A stretch of DNA of 64,000 bases from Camelus dromedarius (lineage: Eukaryota). The number at the start of each line of letters is the position of its first letter. Within the stretch, counting starts at the first letter, position 1. A program made the position numbers and the translations under genes. The notes below the pieces were generated by a model, which saw only the letters and a program-made list of their open reading frames with translations, had not been told where the DNA came from and did no database searches. Shown here in pieces: positions 26,116-39,454 of this stretch. The stretch is from NCBI RefSeq assembly GCF_036321535.1, contig NC_087436.1, positions 33,916,001-33,980,000 on the forward strand, read 5' to 3'.

Positions 26116-28649
26116 TGTAGTTTTCAAATAAACTGTGTAGCATGCCGTTTGTGCTCATATTTACCTGTAAGTTCAGTCTCCTTTAGACTATTCTGATAAC
26201 AAAACCTGAAAAAGGTGACTAGGAAAAATATTTTGTAGGATGCCAGGACACAAATAGTACTGCTGTGAAATCCACGTGAAAGCATAGAAATTCTTCATTT
26301 TTGCAGAGAGTACAGGGAAGTTTTGAACTTGAAGACTTTGGAAATCGTTTAGCTTATCACCCGAGTGAACCTCAGTGAGAGAAAGTGAAAGGCAGCAAAA
26401 GCATCTAATGTCCCCTGAAGAGAGGTGAAGATTCCCAGGGAAAGATGACTGTTTTCTTGGCACTCGGGGCAGCCCACTAGGCATCGCTGGAAGACAGGTG
26501 TTGTGGCATTTTAACTCATGGCTCCCTGCAGAGGGTGTAGTGTGATGAGAAAAGGGGAAAAGTGATAGGCAATGAATGCTGTACTCACAGGGCCTCTGGT
26601 ACTGTTCCCCACCACTCCAAGTAGAGCTTTTATTATCAGAAAAGTCTAGTGGAGACAACTCAAGCATAAATAGAGCCAAGTAGCTTCTCAGCTTGCTTTG
26701 GTTTGTTTCCACACACAGCCTTGTCTTGATTGGCTCAAATATGCCCATTCTTCTTCATCTCTTCTCTGTCCCTTCATCTTTTGTTCCCCTTCCTGCCTCC
26801 TCCCCTAGGCAGCTACACTTCAGGCACATACACATCTCAGGCAAGGGCAGAACGGCATTTCTCTAAAGAAATGAACATTGGGTTATTACCCCAGTCATTG
26901 ATTTAGTGGATCATATTCATAATAAAAATGTTTTATTGAAGGTTGATGGTAAACACTGAAAAATCCTTAGTAAAATAACCTGGGAACAGAGTTAAAACTA
27001 ACAATCTGATCTGTTTGTTTATATATCTTGGATGTTATTATCATTCTTCTTATTCTATACCTGAACAAAATAGGAAAATCAATTTTTTTCCTCTTTTGAT
27101 TGGTGATTATCAAGGTTTTTAATAGGGAATATCTCAAATGAAATGTGATACTGTATTAAAACATTTTATACTAAAATAAACATTCCAAATGGCCCTTCTA
27201 AAAATTTAGTTTTCTGTATTACCTCAGACTTTAAAACAGGCTAGTGAAACTCAAGAAACTGTTAAGTAACAGCTTGAAAATTCACAGGAGAAAGATAAAA
27301 TAAAATAATGAAAATACATTTAAATTGATCTCAAATTCTGAACTGAACTGGCACCTATACTACCTCTGAAATAGCTTCAGTTTGTCCAGTGAGTAAGCAA
27401 GAGGCTCTTCTCAATTTACAGATAAATCAAGAATAGAAAAAAAAATGACAAAAGAATTCTTCTGACCAGTCCCTCTTTTGATTTTTGTTGTGCTGATCCA
27501 AAATAACAGTACTCACTCCACTTTTAATTATGCATATTAATTCTTCTCTGTTAAAGACAAATAAGAAAAATAATTGAATCAGATTGTTTTTCCAAAAGAA
27601 AAATAATGTTAAATTTCATCCTAATGTAAAACATTATATTTAGAACTTTAGTTTTGCAAGGAACAAAGTCTTTTATTTTTATTTCTCAGCCAGTTCTGGA
27701 ATCCATTCTACTGTGTATTGGTCAAATAATTACTAAATCTGCCATTGAATTGATCTAGTAACAGAAAATTCTGGTGTACTTTCAATGGAGTAAACTTTTT
27801 TAGGGTCTTATTTATTTATAAGTCTAACTCTTCTGTCTTTATCATTCATTGGCTTGAGTTATAATCTCATAATATATGAAGCAAAAGAATAAACCTGGTG
27901 TGTGTATTTATCAAACATTCTAAGGAAGATATGCTGTCTCATTTCTTTCTCACTTATTTTTGTGTGTCTTCCTGTCTAAACAACCCTTAAATTTTATTTC
28001 CCTCTAAATATGCAAAGTTCTTACATTCTTGATCAACTTTTTTTCTGTATGCTCCAGTGTTGCTGCTCTCCATTTTTAATTTGCCATACTAAAGGCTACT
28101 CACTTGGCACAACCCAACCCTGGAAAATTACCTTATGTATTCAAGACACTACACATCTGTAATGGAGACTGCATCTACAGTTTTAAACATTATATCATAA
28201 TATAGCCGTATATACCATTTTGTAGGAACAGAAACCCAAGCTTTTCATCATATTAACTATTTTCAAATATGTTTTTCTTCATTCTTTCTTTTCTCAATAA
28301 CTGTGTACTAAGATTCCAGTATAAATCACATATTATTCAAGAAAACGATGGACTGTCACTCTCTTTTTCCAATAATTGTGGTACAGAAGGGACATTAGAA
28401 ACCAAACTCTTATGAAATAAGAAAAAATGTCACAACTAAGGTATGGGCAAAGCTGCAAAGGAGCGTGGGAAGGTGAGGCAGCCGGTCTTTCCCTGGTGGA
28501 GTGGAGCTGGGTATAGGTGTAGAGACTCGGAGGCTTATTGCAACGCATCACTTAAAGGATGTTGCAGGGCTGAGGGTGCACAATCAGAGTGGATGAAGAG
28601 GAGAGGAGAGGGCAGAGGTATTATTGCACAGATGGAGAGAAGGTTGTGC

Positions 28650-29410
28650 TGCAGGGGGCGGGGAGCAGTCACAAGAGGGCACCCACACTTTAGTGTGTTT
28701 TACCTCCAGAGCTCTACAGGTGCCCACAGTGAACATCAGAGAAAAGTCCTTTCAAGCTTCTGGAAGTCAGAGGGAAAAGTCACCATTTTAAAATGTGTCA
28801 GAGCATTCTGTTTTTCTTAACAAAGCCTGACCTTAGGAGAAATTATTAAAAGAGGCTTACCTGCTGGAGTTTTATCAGAGTCTAAATTACCAAGGGGTGA
28901 GGGAAATACTCAACTGCAGCCCTGTCTAGTCATCCTGTCCCAATTAAAGGCAGGGGGTGGGGAACTGAGAAGCACTGGTAAAGTTCACAATCCATGGCAC
29001 AGGCTCACCAAAAGACTGAGAGCTAATCATAGGATTATAGGACAACCCACCACCACATTACTAAAGGCCTGTCTCTGACAATTCCTCATATTGGATATAT
29101 CATGTCCATCTGGGTTTCAGCAAAAAAATTACAAGGAATACTAAAAGGTAAAAAATAAAGGTTGAGAGACTGAAGAAGAATTAGAGTCAGAGTCAGATAT
29201 GGCAAGGGTGTTGGAATTATGAGGCTGGGAATTTAAAACAACTATGATTCATATACCAAGATCTCTAATAAAAGAAATGCAGACAACATTCAAGAGCAGA
29301 TGGAAATTGTAATGAAAAGATAACAGTTCTAAGAAAGTATCCAAAAGAAATGCTAAAAATAACAAAAAAGTACCAGACATGAAGAATACCTTTGATGGGC
29401 TCATGGATAA
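28650..29410 (+). mobile_element. L1 (L1MC/MD-type) 5' region and ORF1 start
   Basis: GGCACAGGCTCACCAAAAGACTGAGA...CAGATATGGCAAGGGTGTTGGAATTAT...GAATTTAAAACAACTATGATT...ATGAAGAATACCTTTGATGGGCTCAT. Confidence 0.8.
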
Positions 29411-30834
29411 AATTAATAATTTCAATTTGGGGCTTGTTGAATTTAAGGTGCCTCTGAAATATAGAGGTGAAGGCATTTACTTGCCACAGGTGTAACTCAG
29501 GACAGAAGTCCAAGTAGAAAATAAATACAGAAGTAAGAAGTGGTTAGAACAGAAAACCAAGACTGACATGCAGAGTTAAAGTGTTTCAGAACAATGATTC
29601 ATAACCTGTATTGAGTTACATTATGATTTTAACATTCTAGATCTCTTCAGAAGTAAGTTGACATATACAATATTAAATATGTAGCTTCAGGAGTTTTACT
29701 GCCTCTTTAAAGCCCATTTCAGTGCAATAGTTTAAGCACCTCTAAATTAAAGCCAAAAAACTTGACACCTAAATACAGACTCCTGAGGAAGACATGAAGT
29801 TTAAATACAGTCCTGATGAGTTTCATCATTTAAGAAAAGGAGGTACTTACAAAAGAAACTGTGAAGTGGATAAAAAAAAAAAGACAATATAAAGAAATAT
29901 GGAAATAAATGTTTGAGAGTCTTTTAAAGGGGTGACTGGATTTAATTATGTCAAAAGTTGAACATATAGACGTATGTATACACATATACATATATATTCA
30001 TGTCTATATGTATACAAATGTGTATTGAATTTTTGACATACGTATATTTGTATGGATATGTGTGCTTGTGTGGTACATTTGTGCTTAGAGGAACCTAAAA
30101 ATATAGCATAGAATGGAAATAATTGATGGAGTAAAATGGAGTCTACTGGGGCTAGAGATTTAAAGAAAATGTGGAAGGGCTAGAATAACTGCTGAGGGGA
30201 ATGGGAAATAGGCCAGATAAGAAAAATGTAATTGGGTTGCCAAGCAGTTGTGGTTACCTCTGAGTTTGGATTCCATAAATTTGCTATGGTACTAATCTTC
30301 AAGATCATCTGGCTTTCTCTAGTGGTACACAGTAACATGGGTGCAGGCTCAGAAGCAAAGGAGGCAGATGGTTGAATTAATCCAGGGCTGCTCAGAAGTT
30401 AAAGAGCAAAATATCTGACTTTTTGTAAAACACACAAGTCTGTAACTCAGAAACAGGAGAATATTTTCTGCAGTGATGTACCCCTGAGTGGATAGAGAAG
30501 GGAGGGAAGCGAGAAAAGGCTCATAAAATGATCACATATCACATAGTTGGTAACATTGAAGAGGTGGAATAAGTGGAATTAGAGAACAATTTATTACTGA
30601 GCTTGTAGTAATAAATGGACTAGATTCAAACTTACCTTCAACATTATGAAATGTAATGGAAAGCCAGATTCTTTTAGATAATTTATTTTCTACATCTAAA
30701 TATTTTATTATCTAGATTATCTAGGACAATCAGATTAATCATATAGTTACTTCAGAGGCAACATCATACAATGTCTGACTACACTGCAGCCATTCTCTCT
30801 TAGTTCTCACCACTGGGTCTTTCTAATTCTCTGA

Positions 30835-30990
30835 CTCAAGCAACTTACTTTGCCTTGCTCTTTCTGATTTCCTCATCATAAAATGCTTATGTTTGTCATG
30901 AAAAGTAAATTTGTTAAAATACTTAAAACACTTAGAACCATACATACCTGGTACCTAGTGCACACTTGAAAAATGTTAGCTATTATTATT
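30835..30990 (+). mobile_element. MIR SINE 3' part
   Basis: TTTCCTCATCATAAAATG...AAAACACTTAGAAC...CCTGGTACCTAGT...AAATGTTAGCTATTATTATT. Confidence 0.8.
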
Positions 30991-32284
30991 CCTAAATCTC
31001 AATTTAACCTTTATTATACAGACTTGACTTTAAGTAACAATGAATTCTCACTCAATAGAAAATGTGTTTTTTTAAAGCTAAAATCTATACATAATTATAT
31101 GTAGAGATCAGTGTTTCCTATAATTTTTAAGTTCCAATCAACTTGTACAGCAGATTACTGATAGATTTGTCTCCCATCCCCTACTTCCCTAGAAGCTGTT
31201 AACTGTACTTACCATTTAGTGTTAAATCAGAGCCTTTAAATTTAATGCTGCATAACATTCTCATCTTTCTCTGTTATGACATGTATCAACCATGATTCTC
31301 CTTGACTGCCTTAATGTCATCTTTAACAAGTAGGCTAGAAGAATTGTTCTCTGAATGAAATGAGTTTTCTATTTGGGGGTTAGGAAGCAGATAAATCATC
31401 ACTAAAATCTGTCACAGAGAATGAGACAGACACATGGGGCATGACTCTCTCACTTCATTTGGGTCTGGACTGTCCTCTATACCGCATGTCTGTTATGTCT
31501 GTTAAAACAAATCTCATTTTCTTAGCCCAATAGCTATCAATCTTAGGAATTCAAATTTATCAACCTAAATAGTCATTATCTGCAATGCTTATTCTCCAGT
31601 TCTCTTGATGATACTTTTCTGAATATTGACCTTTGTGTGAGGACAACAACACTGAAATGACACACCTGTATTGAAGCAAGTGCACAAAAAAACTAATTTT
31701 TTTTGTCTTTTTCTTTTTTTTTGTTCTTAACCTTGTACCATGTGATAGACATTTTCCTGAATAGTAAACAAAAATGGGATGCCTATGCAACCTTTTGGAT
31801 AAATGTAAATAAAGATATATCATCTTATTTTAACCTTCTGGGAAACATGAGAGGAAGGGACCCAGCAGCATGTGAGGATTCCACCTGGCCCATGACATGA
31901 AAAGCCAGAGCAGATAAGACAGTCCTTGTGATCCAGACAATAAGCAAAGAGAGATGACTGGTTTGATTCATGCTGAAATTACTTTATCTCCCCATTTCTC
32001 TTGTTCTCATCTTTACATTGATGTCTTCTCTTCTGCTCCAGAGAATAACCATCCTGTGATATTTTAAAGCTGTATTTTATCCTTCAATTAACCAAGGAAA
32101 ACCTGACTCTCAGTAATTCATTCCTTATTTGTTTGAAGAACAAAACTTCAAAGTAAATTTTCTTTTCTTTTTATAACTTCCTGTATTGGTTGATCATTTT
32201 TAAATTAAATTTTAGACTCTGATGGTTGACCATGATACCTTCACAAAAGAAACTTAGAGACACTCCGCCCTTAGAATTTTAAAT

Positions 32285-32409
32285 GGTAACGGATGTTAAT
32301 GGGACTTATTGTGGTAATTATTTTACAATATTTACAAGTACTGAATCATGACATTGTACACCTAAAACTAGTATAATGTTATGTCAATTATATCCAAATA
32401 AAAATTAAG
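32285..32409 (+). mobile_element. Short L1 3' stub (L1MA9-like lineage) between ~36-bp direct repeats
   Basis: GGATGTTAA..GACTTATTGTGGTAA...TTGTACACCTAAAACTAGTATAATGTTATGTCAATTATA; direct repeats at 32249-32284 and 32410-32446. Confidence 0.88.
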
Positions 32410-32964
32410 GAAACTTAGAGACACTCTACCCTTAAGAATTTTAAATACAAAACAGCATGGGTAAATCAGCATTTGTCCATTTTCCTTGGTAACTTATCCA
32501 TAAAATATATATCCACTTAAATACACAAAGACAAAAACCATGAGTTTCCAGTGGAATCTCAGAATCTGACCTGAGGTCACACTGCAATTAATCTGATGTC
32601 CAAAAAATAGTAATACGGGACTTGTAAAAACTAGGAATAAGCAATGTGAGATTTTTTGAGAAATGGTTTTGATAGATTACTGTATTTCTCCTCATGCACA
32701 TTTAAAAAAAATTTTTGTATTGTTTCATAGGTAATTAAAAACAGAAACTACGTAGGTTGAAACAACAGAGACATTATTTTTCCTGGACAAGATGCCTCTT
32801 AGGCAATAACTATTAATTTGCCCACAAGACTGCCAACATGACAAGTCTTGGTGCCTTCCGTGGAGCACAAAGAAAAATGTCTTTATGAACAAAGGAACAA
32901 ATAGCCTCCTAAACATGCAAAGTCAGCAATGCTTAAGAGAACCAACTTGACTAAAAAAATATAT

Positions 32965-33125
32965 AATTGTTTATGTATGTGTTGTTAGCTCACTTGATTG
33001 TCACAAAATCCAGCCAAGACTGATTTAATTATCTCCATTGCACAGGTTAGAAAACTAGCACACTCAAATTCAGGAGATTTGCCATGTTCAGATAGCTAAT
33101 AAGAAATGCAAATAGAATTCAATAT
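32965..33125 (-). mobile_element. MIR SINE fragment
   Basis: ATTATCTCCATTGCACAGGTTAGAAAACT...GATTTGCC...CAGATAGCTAATAAG. Confidence 0.55.
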
Positions 33126-33139
33126 CATTTTACAATAAC

Positions 33140-34300
33140 TGCTAAGTTCATTTTTGAAACAATAGAAAGGCATATAAACAATTAAATCCTCTGTAATAGC
33201 TTGAATTTTATATATACCCAAAATGTGTGTATATATAAATATGTATTAATATACATGCATACAGTTTTATTTAAACAAAATAAATCAATGCAATACACAC
33301 CATTCTGAAATTTGCTTTATTACCCCATTATTTAAATATCTTATATTATTACTCAGTATATACAACATATTTAAGCATTTCCGTATGAGTTTTTACCTAA
33401 ATGTCAATATTACGAATTATGCACACGTGTATATACTTGGTGTTATTTTTAAAACAAACTATCAAGAAGTGGAAATTCTTAATAAAAAATATTTTACAAC
33501 TATTATTATTTTTGGTAGGTATTATTAAATTACTCTCCAAAAAGTTGTTTAAAATTTGTTTCTATCAATAGTGTATGACAGTTCTACTTCTTGCACAGTT
33601 TCTTAAAAAATAAAAATTTTTCTCACCATTTCAAAATTTTTTTCTTGATCAATAAACAAAAAAGAAAAAAATCTATGGTGAAATCTTGTTAACAATCCAA
33701 TTACCTTATCACCTAGGAGATCAGGGATCTTTTAAGTGCACCTGCTTGCCCTTCCCCTTTATTTCTGGGTTACATGTCATGTTCATATTGATTTATTGGA
33801 TCATTATTTTTTGTAATAAATATTTTCATCTCATTTGAGTTTCATACTTTATAAAAATGTCTTCATAATATGTCAGTTTTTAAGTTTTGTTCATCATTAA
33901 GAGCTTTATGTTTACTTTAAAGAATCATATTAGTGTTTTTATTTATGAGCTTTATATTTTACATCTTAACAAATTTTCCCTATTAGAAGATGATTACAAA
34001 ACAGTAGCATCTTAAATTATATTCTAGAATTCATTCAAGATTGCTTGTGGGTAACAACTAATTTATAAAGAGATACACCTCATGTTTGCTATAATGTGAG
34101 GTACAGCTCTAAATTTACCATAAGATATACAATCATTTCAGTATCAGTCTGTCCCTTATTTAATATTAAAAGATTAAAAGGTAATTAAATATATTCATGT
34201 ATGTTTCTGGACATTTTCTTTTGTTCCATTGATCTACTTATCTATTTCTATGCTAGAACTTTATTGCTTTTTATTATTGCAAATATATGTTTCTTCTTAA
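33140..34300 (-). mobile_element. Old L1ME-type fragment
   Basis: AAGAAGTGGAAATT...AAATTACTCTCCAAAAAG...ATCAATAGTGTATGA; TTTCTGGACATTTT...TGTTCCATTGATCTA. Confidence 0.6.
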
Positions 34301-35479
34301 ATAACATTTAATAAGAGGCCCAGCACCCCTTTGGCTAGCAGGCACAGGCATGGTCCTTGAGAGGACAGAGAAACAAGTTTCATACACCAGGATGAAGTGT
34401 GTTAGTGAATAAAACACACCTTTGGTACAGGCTTGTTGCCAAGTGTGCTAAAGGCAGAATTCTGCATAGCACTAAAAGCCCACTTAAAGAACTCTCATTT
34501 TCATATGGAAAAACATCATAAACAAACAAAAAATAAGGCAATGTAAGACTTGTGTTTCAGCTTGCGTCCAAATAAACAATATTTCTAACTGTGATGCTAA
34601 TCGTGGTAGACTGTCTGCGAAAATGGCTATTTCTATAAGCATATGATTCTTCTGTTAAGAATGAAGTCTAATATCTCCCTTTTATATTCTAAACCATGTG
34701 ATTTTTTTGGACTAATTTTATGAAATAAATGTGAGTATCTTGAACTTTTGAATTCATGCCTTAAGAGACCTTCCTTGTAGTTTAAAATTTTATCCCTGAA
34801 AGGCAATAGCCAGGTTAAGAATTTCATCTACATTGCATCAGAGAATGGCTACATTTAGAAAGAAAGGTTCTGAAGACTAAGAAATTACGAAAAGAGAGAA
34901 AGGGGCCCCCAATGTTCCAAATATGCAAGACAATGTAACAGGTATGTGAGTGAAGCCATCTTGCATCTTCCAGCTCTAGTTCACCTACCTCAGCAAATAC
35001 CCCATGAAGAAAATAAAAGCTGTGCCTTTGAGCCCTGCACAAACTGTGGAATCCAGGGAAGGGACATCCAAATAAATGGATATTGGTGTTTTAATTAACA
35101 AAGTCCTGAGGTTTCACATATATATATATATGAATACACAACTGAAAAAATAGTCGTCTTTTTTTTCCAGTTTTACTTATTTAAGCTTCCAGGTAAATGT
35201 TGGAATTAACTCTGAAGTTTCATACAACTCTCTTGACATTTTGTTTGGGATTGCATAAAATGTATGCACTATTTTAGGAGAAAGTGATCTTCATAATTCC
35301 CTCAGAGGTTTTCCAGAGGAGAGCTTGAGCTCTCCTCTTTTGGTAAAGAGTTTCTAACTTAGTTTTGCCTTTGTTTCTACTGTATATCCCTTTCCTCTTT
35401 GAGCAATAGAAAGTTAGTGTCTGACTGGCCAGAGGGAGGAGTGATCAGAATTTATATCTCCTAATCTTAATAAGATTTG

Positions 35480-37890
35480 GAGACAAGATTAAAAAAAGAA
35501 CTCCACAAAGAAGGAACTCCGAGAATATCTGAAGGGGTTCTCCTTGGTCCTTGGTCAACTCCTAAGCCATGGATGCGCAGGATGACGTTAAAGGAGATGT
35601 AACATAGTCATCTGCTGAGACGTGGTAGCTGAAAAGTGATTCAAGAATTAGTACAGAGCTGGAGAGATGTTATAGTTCTGGCCTAGCCACAGCAGAAAGA
35701 CACTGCCCACTTCCAGGTGATTTACTTAAAAGCAGTAAAGGCCGTGCCCAGAAAGGAAAAGGTGTACACAGTAGCAATTAAGGCAAAACTGAATTACTTT
35801 CTCCTTACCAAAATTTTAAACCAAGTCAGCAGGTTAAAATAATCTGCTGGTAATTTAATTGCTGGATGAACAAAACTTAATACGTGATACAGGGAAATAA
35901 CACATCCAAAATCTCTGCCATGTATTACACAGAATACTAATACACCTTTTAAAATTACTAGATATATGGAGAAGCAGGAACAATTCAAAGATGATTTAAA
36001 ATTAATTATTAAAAGCTGATACAGAAATGATTAAATACTGAAGTTAACAGACAGGAACTTCAAAATAATTATAATTGCAATGTTTTTAAATATAGAAGAT
36101 ATAGATAAAAAGAATGAAACTACAGAGCATTCAACAGATATTTAGAATCTATACAAAATAATTAAATATACATTCCATGAATTCAAATACAATATCTCAA
36201 ATTAGTGAATTTAACAGCAAACTAGACAATGAAGAGCATGAGATTTATAAAGTCAAAAATTGGTCAGGAGAAAATATACAAATTAAAGTTCAGAGAGAAA
36301 AATAATGGAAACAAGATCAGAAATTAAATAAATGTGGCATATAATCAATGTTTAACCCACATATAATTGGAATGCCAGACAAAGAGAATCCCATGGAAGT
36401 AAAATTTTATAAAAATAATGGTAAGGTTTTTCTAATTTGAGAAAAATACCAGCTCATGAATTTAAAAAATGTTAAATAAAACTCAAGCAGGGTAAATACA
36501 AAGAAAGCAGCCTCTCATATCATAATCGAAGTGAAGAAAAGCAAAGATGATGAAACAACCTTAAGAATAACCAGAGAAAGAAGACACGCATCCTGCCTGC
36601 AGTAAGACAACTGTGGAAGCCAGAAAATACTGATTTTTTTTGAGCCCTGAGTTCTGCTCTGGGCCTGCGTGCAAACTGGCTCCTTCCTCTTTCTGTGACA
36701 GAAGCGCAGGGCTCCTGGTTGCTATCAAGGTCAGCTAGGTTGCTGCCATCTGAAGTGTATTGAAAAAACAAACTGCCAACCTAGATTTTATACCTGGGGA
36801 CAATAATCTTTCAAAATGAAGTTGAAACACAAGTGTTTTCAATGCCTAGTGATTAAGTGGCAAATGGCCAGCATACCTGAACTACAAGAAATATTAAAGG
36901 AAGTTAATCATGTTGGGGAAAAAAAAAAAAGTCACAGATGGAAGAAAGAGTAAAAAATGAATGGCTCCAGAAAAAATAAATATAAAGTTAATTATAAAAG
37001 ATTGTTGACTGCTTAAGTATACAATAAAGACAATGCATTTTGTGGTTTTACCAGAAGTAAAATAAAGTACATGATAACAATAAAAAAGAGCAAGACTAGG
37101 GTAAATTAACTGTTAAAATATCCTTGCATTGTTTTGGGCATGTAACCCTACAAATTTGAGGTAGATTGTAACAAGTTAAGGATATATTAATTTCTAGGGT
37201 AATCAGTAAAAACTGAATACTGTGTTACAAATGTGAGTTAAAAAATTAAAATGGAATAATAAAATAGTACTTGTTCATACAATAATAATTAGATAAGGTA
37301 AAAATTTTAAAAAAAACCTTGATTGAACAAATACAGAGCTAATATCAAGGTGATTACTTAAACCCAAATATATAAGTAATTTTTAAAAGACCCAACTCTA
37401 TGATGTTTACAAAAAATAGGCTTTATAAATCACCTAGATATTAAAAGTATAATTATGAGAAAATACGCCATGCAAGTACTAACCAAAATAAAATTGAGGT
37501 AGCTATGTTAGCATTGGGAGAAAAGATCTTACTTTAAGGAGTATTTCAATGATAAAAAGGGACATTTCATATTGGTGAAAGGGTCAGTGTATCAAGAAGA
37601 TTAAACAATCCCAATCCACTAAAGGAACGTATGCCCACCCTAGATCCCAGAAATTCTACTTCTACATATATGTCATGCATGAGAATTGAGAGCACAGCTC
37701 CCCCAAAATACACATTTGAAAACATTCATAACAATTTTATTCTTACAACCCCAAACTGGACACTTCTCAAATTGAGATATATGCAGGCAATGTAATACTA
37801 TACTGCCACAAAAACACGAACTGCTGCTGCATGCACAAACATAGATGATTCCCAAAAACATTATACTGAGCAAGGGCAGCTGGTCACGGA
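35480..37890 (+). mobile_element. Old L1 (L1ME/L1M4-like): 5' region, ORF1 and ORF2 start joined to a 3' segment
   Basis: ORF1-like AACTGCCAACCTAGATTTTATACC...CTTTCAAAATGAAG; ORF2 start GACCCAACT...GGGACATTTCATA..GAAAGGGTCAGT..ATCAAGAAGA; then 3' text ACAACCCCAAACTGGA...CATTATACTGAGCAA. Confidence 0.8.
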
Positions 37891-37957
37891 CCGGTGCTTG
37901 CGGCATAATGTAGATGATGCTTCTGCCCTTCATGGAAAATACGGGATGTTTAAGCAG

Positions 37958-37995
37958 TTCCGCGAAAGTCACAGGAGCATGACTTTCACTTTCCC
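37958..37995. promoter_or_regulatory. Candidate STAT (GAS) plus IRF/PRDM1 (ISRE/PRDI) motif pair
   Basis: TTCCGCGAA (TTCN3GAA) at 37958-37966; GGGAAAGTGAAAGT on the - strand at 37982-37995. Motif match only. Confidence 0.3.
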
Positions 37996-39454
37996 AAATG
38001 ATGAGACCATGACATTCCTTCACCACACATCTCAGCGGCCCATGTGTTTACCTGAGAGAAAATTCTCCTCATTCACTGCAGTCAGTAACTGAAGATCCCA
38101 AGAGAGTTCGTGGAATTGTTCTTTTTACCTCGTCATTACTAAATTTATTCAAAGGAATTGAGAATAACAAGTAACTAATCCCTCTAAAAACTATTTTATC
38201 TAATCAATCTTTTGCAAACGAATTTCTTACGAGTAAATTCAGCCTGGGCGATGTACAGAAGTTAAAAGGAAGTTTAACCTGAAGAAGTGCTACAGGACTC
38301 TGTAGGTCAGGCAATTTCTAAACGTTATTTTTTCTTCTAGTATTGCTTTAGACAAAGAATTTCCTGCTTTTTCTTTTGTTTCAAGACCCCAGAGACTGCA
38401 ATTAATTTTGTCATGAGATACTCTTCAATATTAATTAAATTCTTTGAAGTGGATATGTGCTATTAAGAAATAGTCTTTTCTAGATTAATGTGGTTCTTAA
38501 ATTTAATTTGATAATTATTTAGTCAGTATGTTTCAAAACCTTACGAAAATGAACCTTCCCTTATTTATTTGTTATTGTTATTTTAAATGCACAATTAACC
38601 TGAAGACAAATGCTAATTAATAGATGACATTGTAATTTGACTCAATTTATTATGTGCGCCATTTATATCAATCTCAGAAGGCGTAAAGAGATGCATTGGG
38701 GAGTTTTCCTGTTTTGAAATTTAAAAATCCTTATGGTTGTGTTTTGTGTTTAGATTTCATCACCATTCTACTTTACTTAGTCATTTATACTATTCAGTAT
38801 CAGCTTTCTTTTTGATGAAGCAATAAAATGTCACATAATTGGGTAATAGTAATTTAATGCACTAACTACAAGCTTTTAAAATCCCAAGAAATTTGTGTGA
38901 CAGGTTTATAGTTGATACATTACTGGTGACTGAATTTCTTCCTGTAGGCAATTTTTGAAACTTAACAAAATTAGGTTCCCTTAAGCATAAGCATTCCTAA
39001 CAATAAAAAAAATTAGTAACATAATTTTTCAGAATATATTTTTATTATAATGTTTTCTAATTATATAAACACAAACTTAAACACATTTTTCCCTAAAACG
39101 ACATTTTGTTCCCCCACATTACCCCCAGATTATGTCATTTACCTAAATGTCATGCATAAATGCCTTTCTGCAACATGTTGATTAGAGAGGATACTGACTC
39201 ACAGAAATGCCATTTCAGGCAACACTGGCAGACAATAATGGGGGTCCCAACAATACCAGAGCAACCAAGCAGACCAAAATCATACTGCAGAAATTCCAAA
39301 ACGTTAAGTCATTAGAACAACCCTCAAAAGAAGGCCAATATCTGCATGTTAAATCTGAAGAAGGTGACTGCCTGATAAAATAAAATGATTTTAATGACTC
39401 TTGAGTATTCAATCAGAATAGACAATATGTCCAGGAAACAATAAAAAAATCTTA

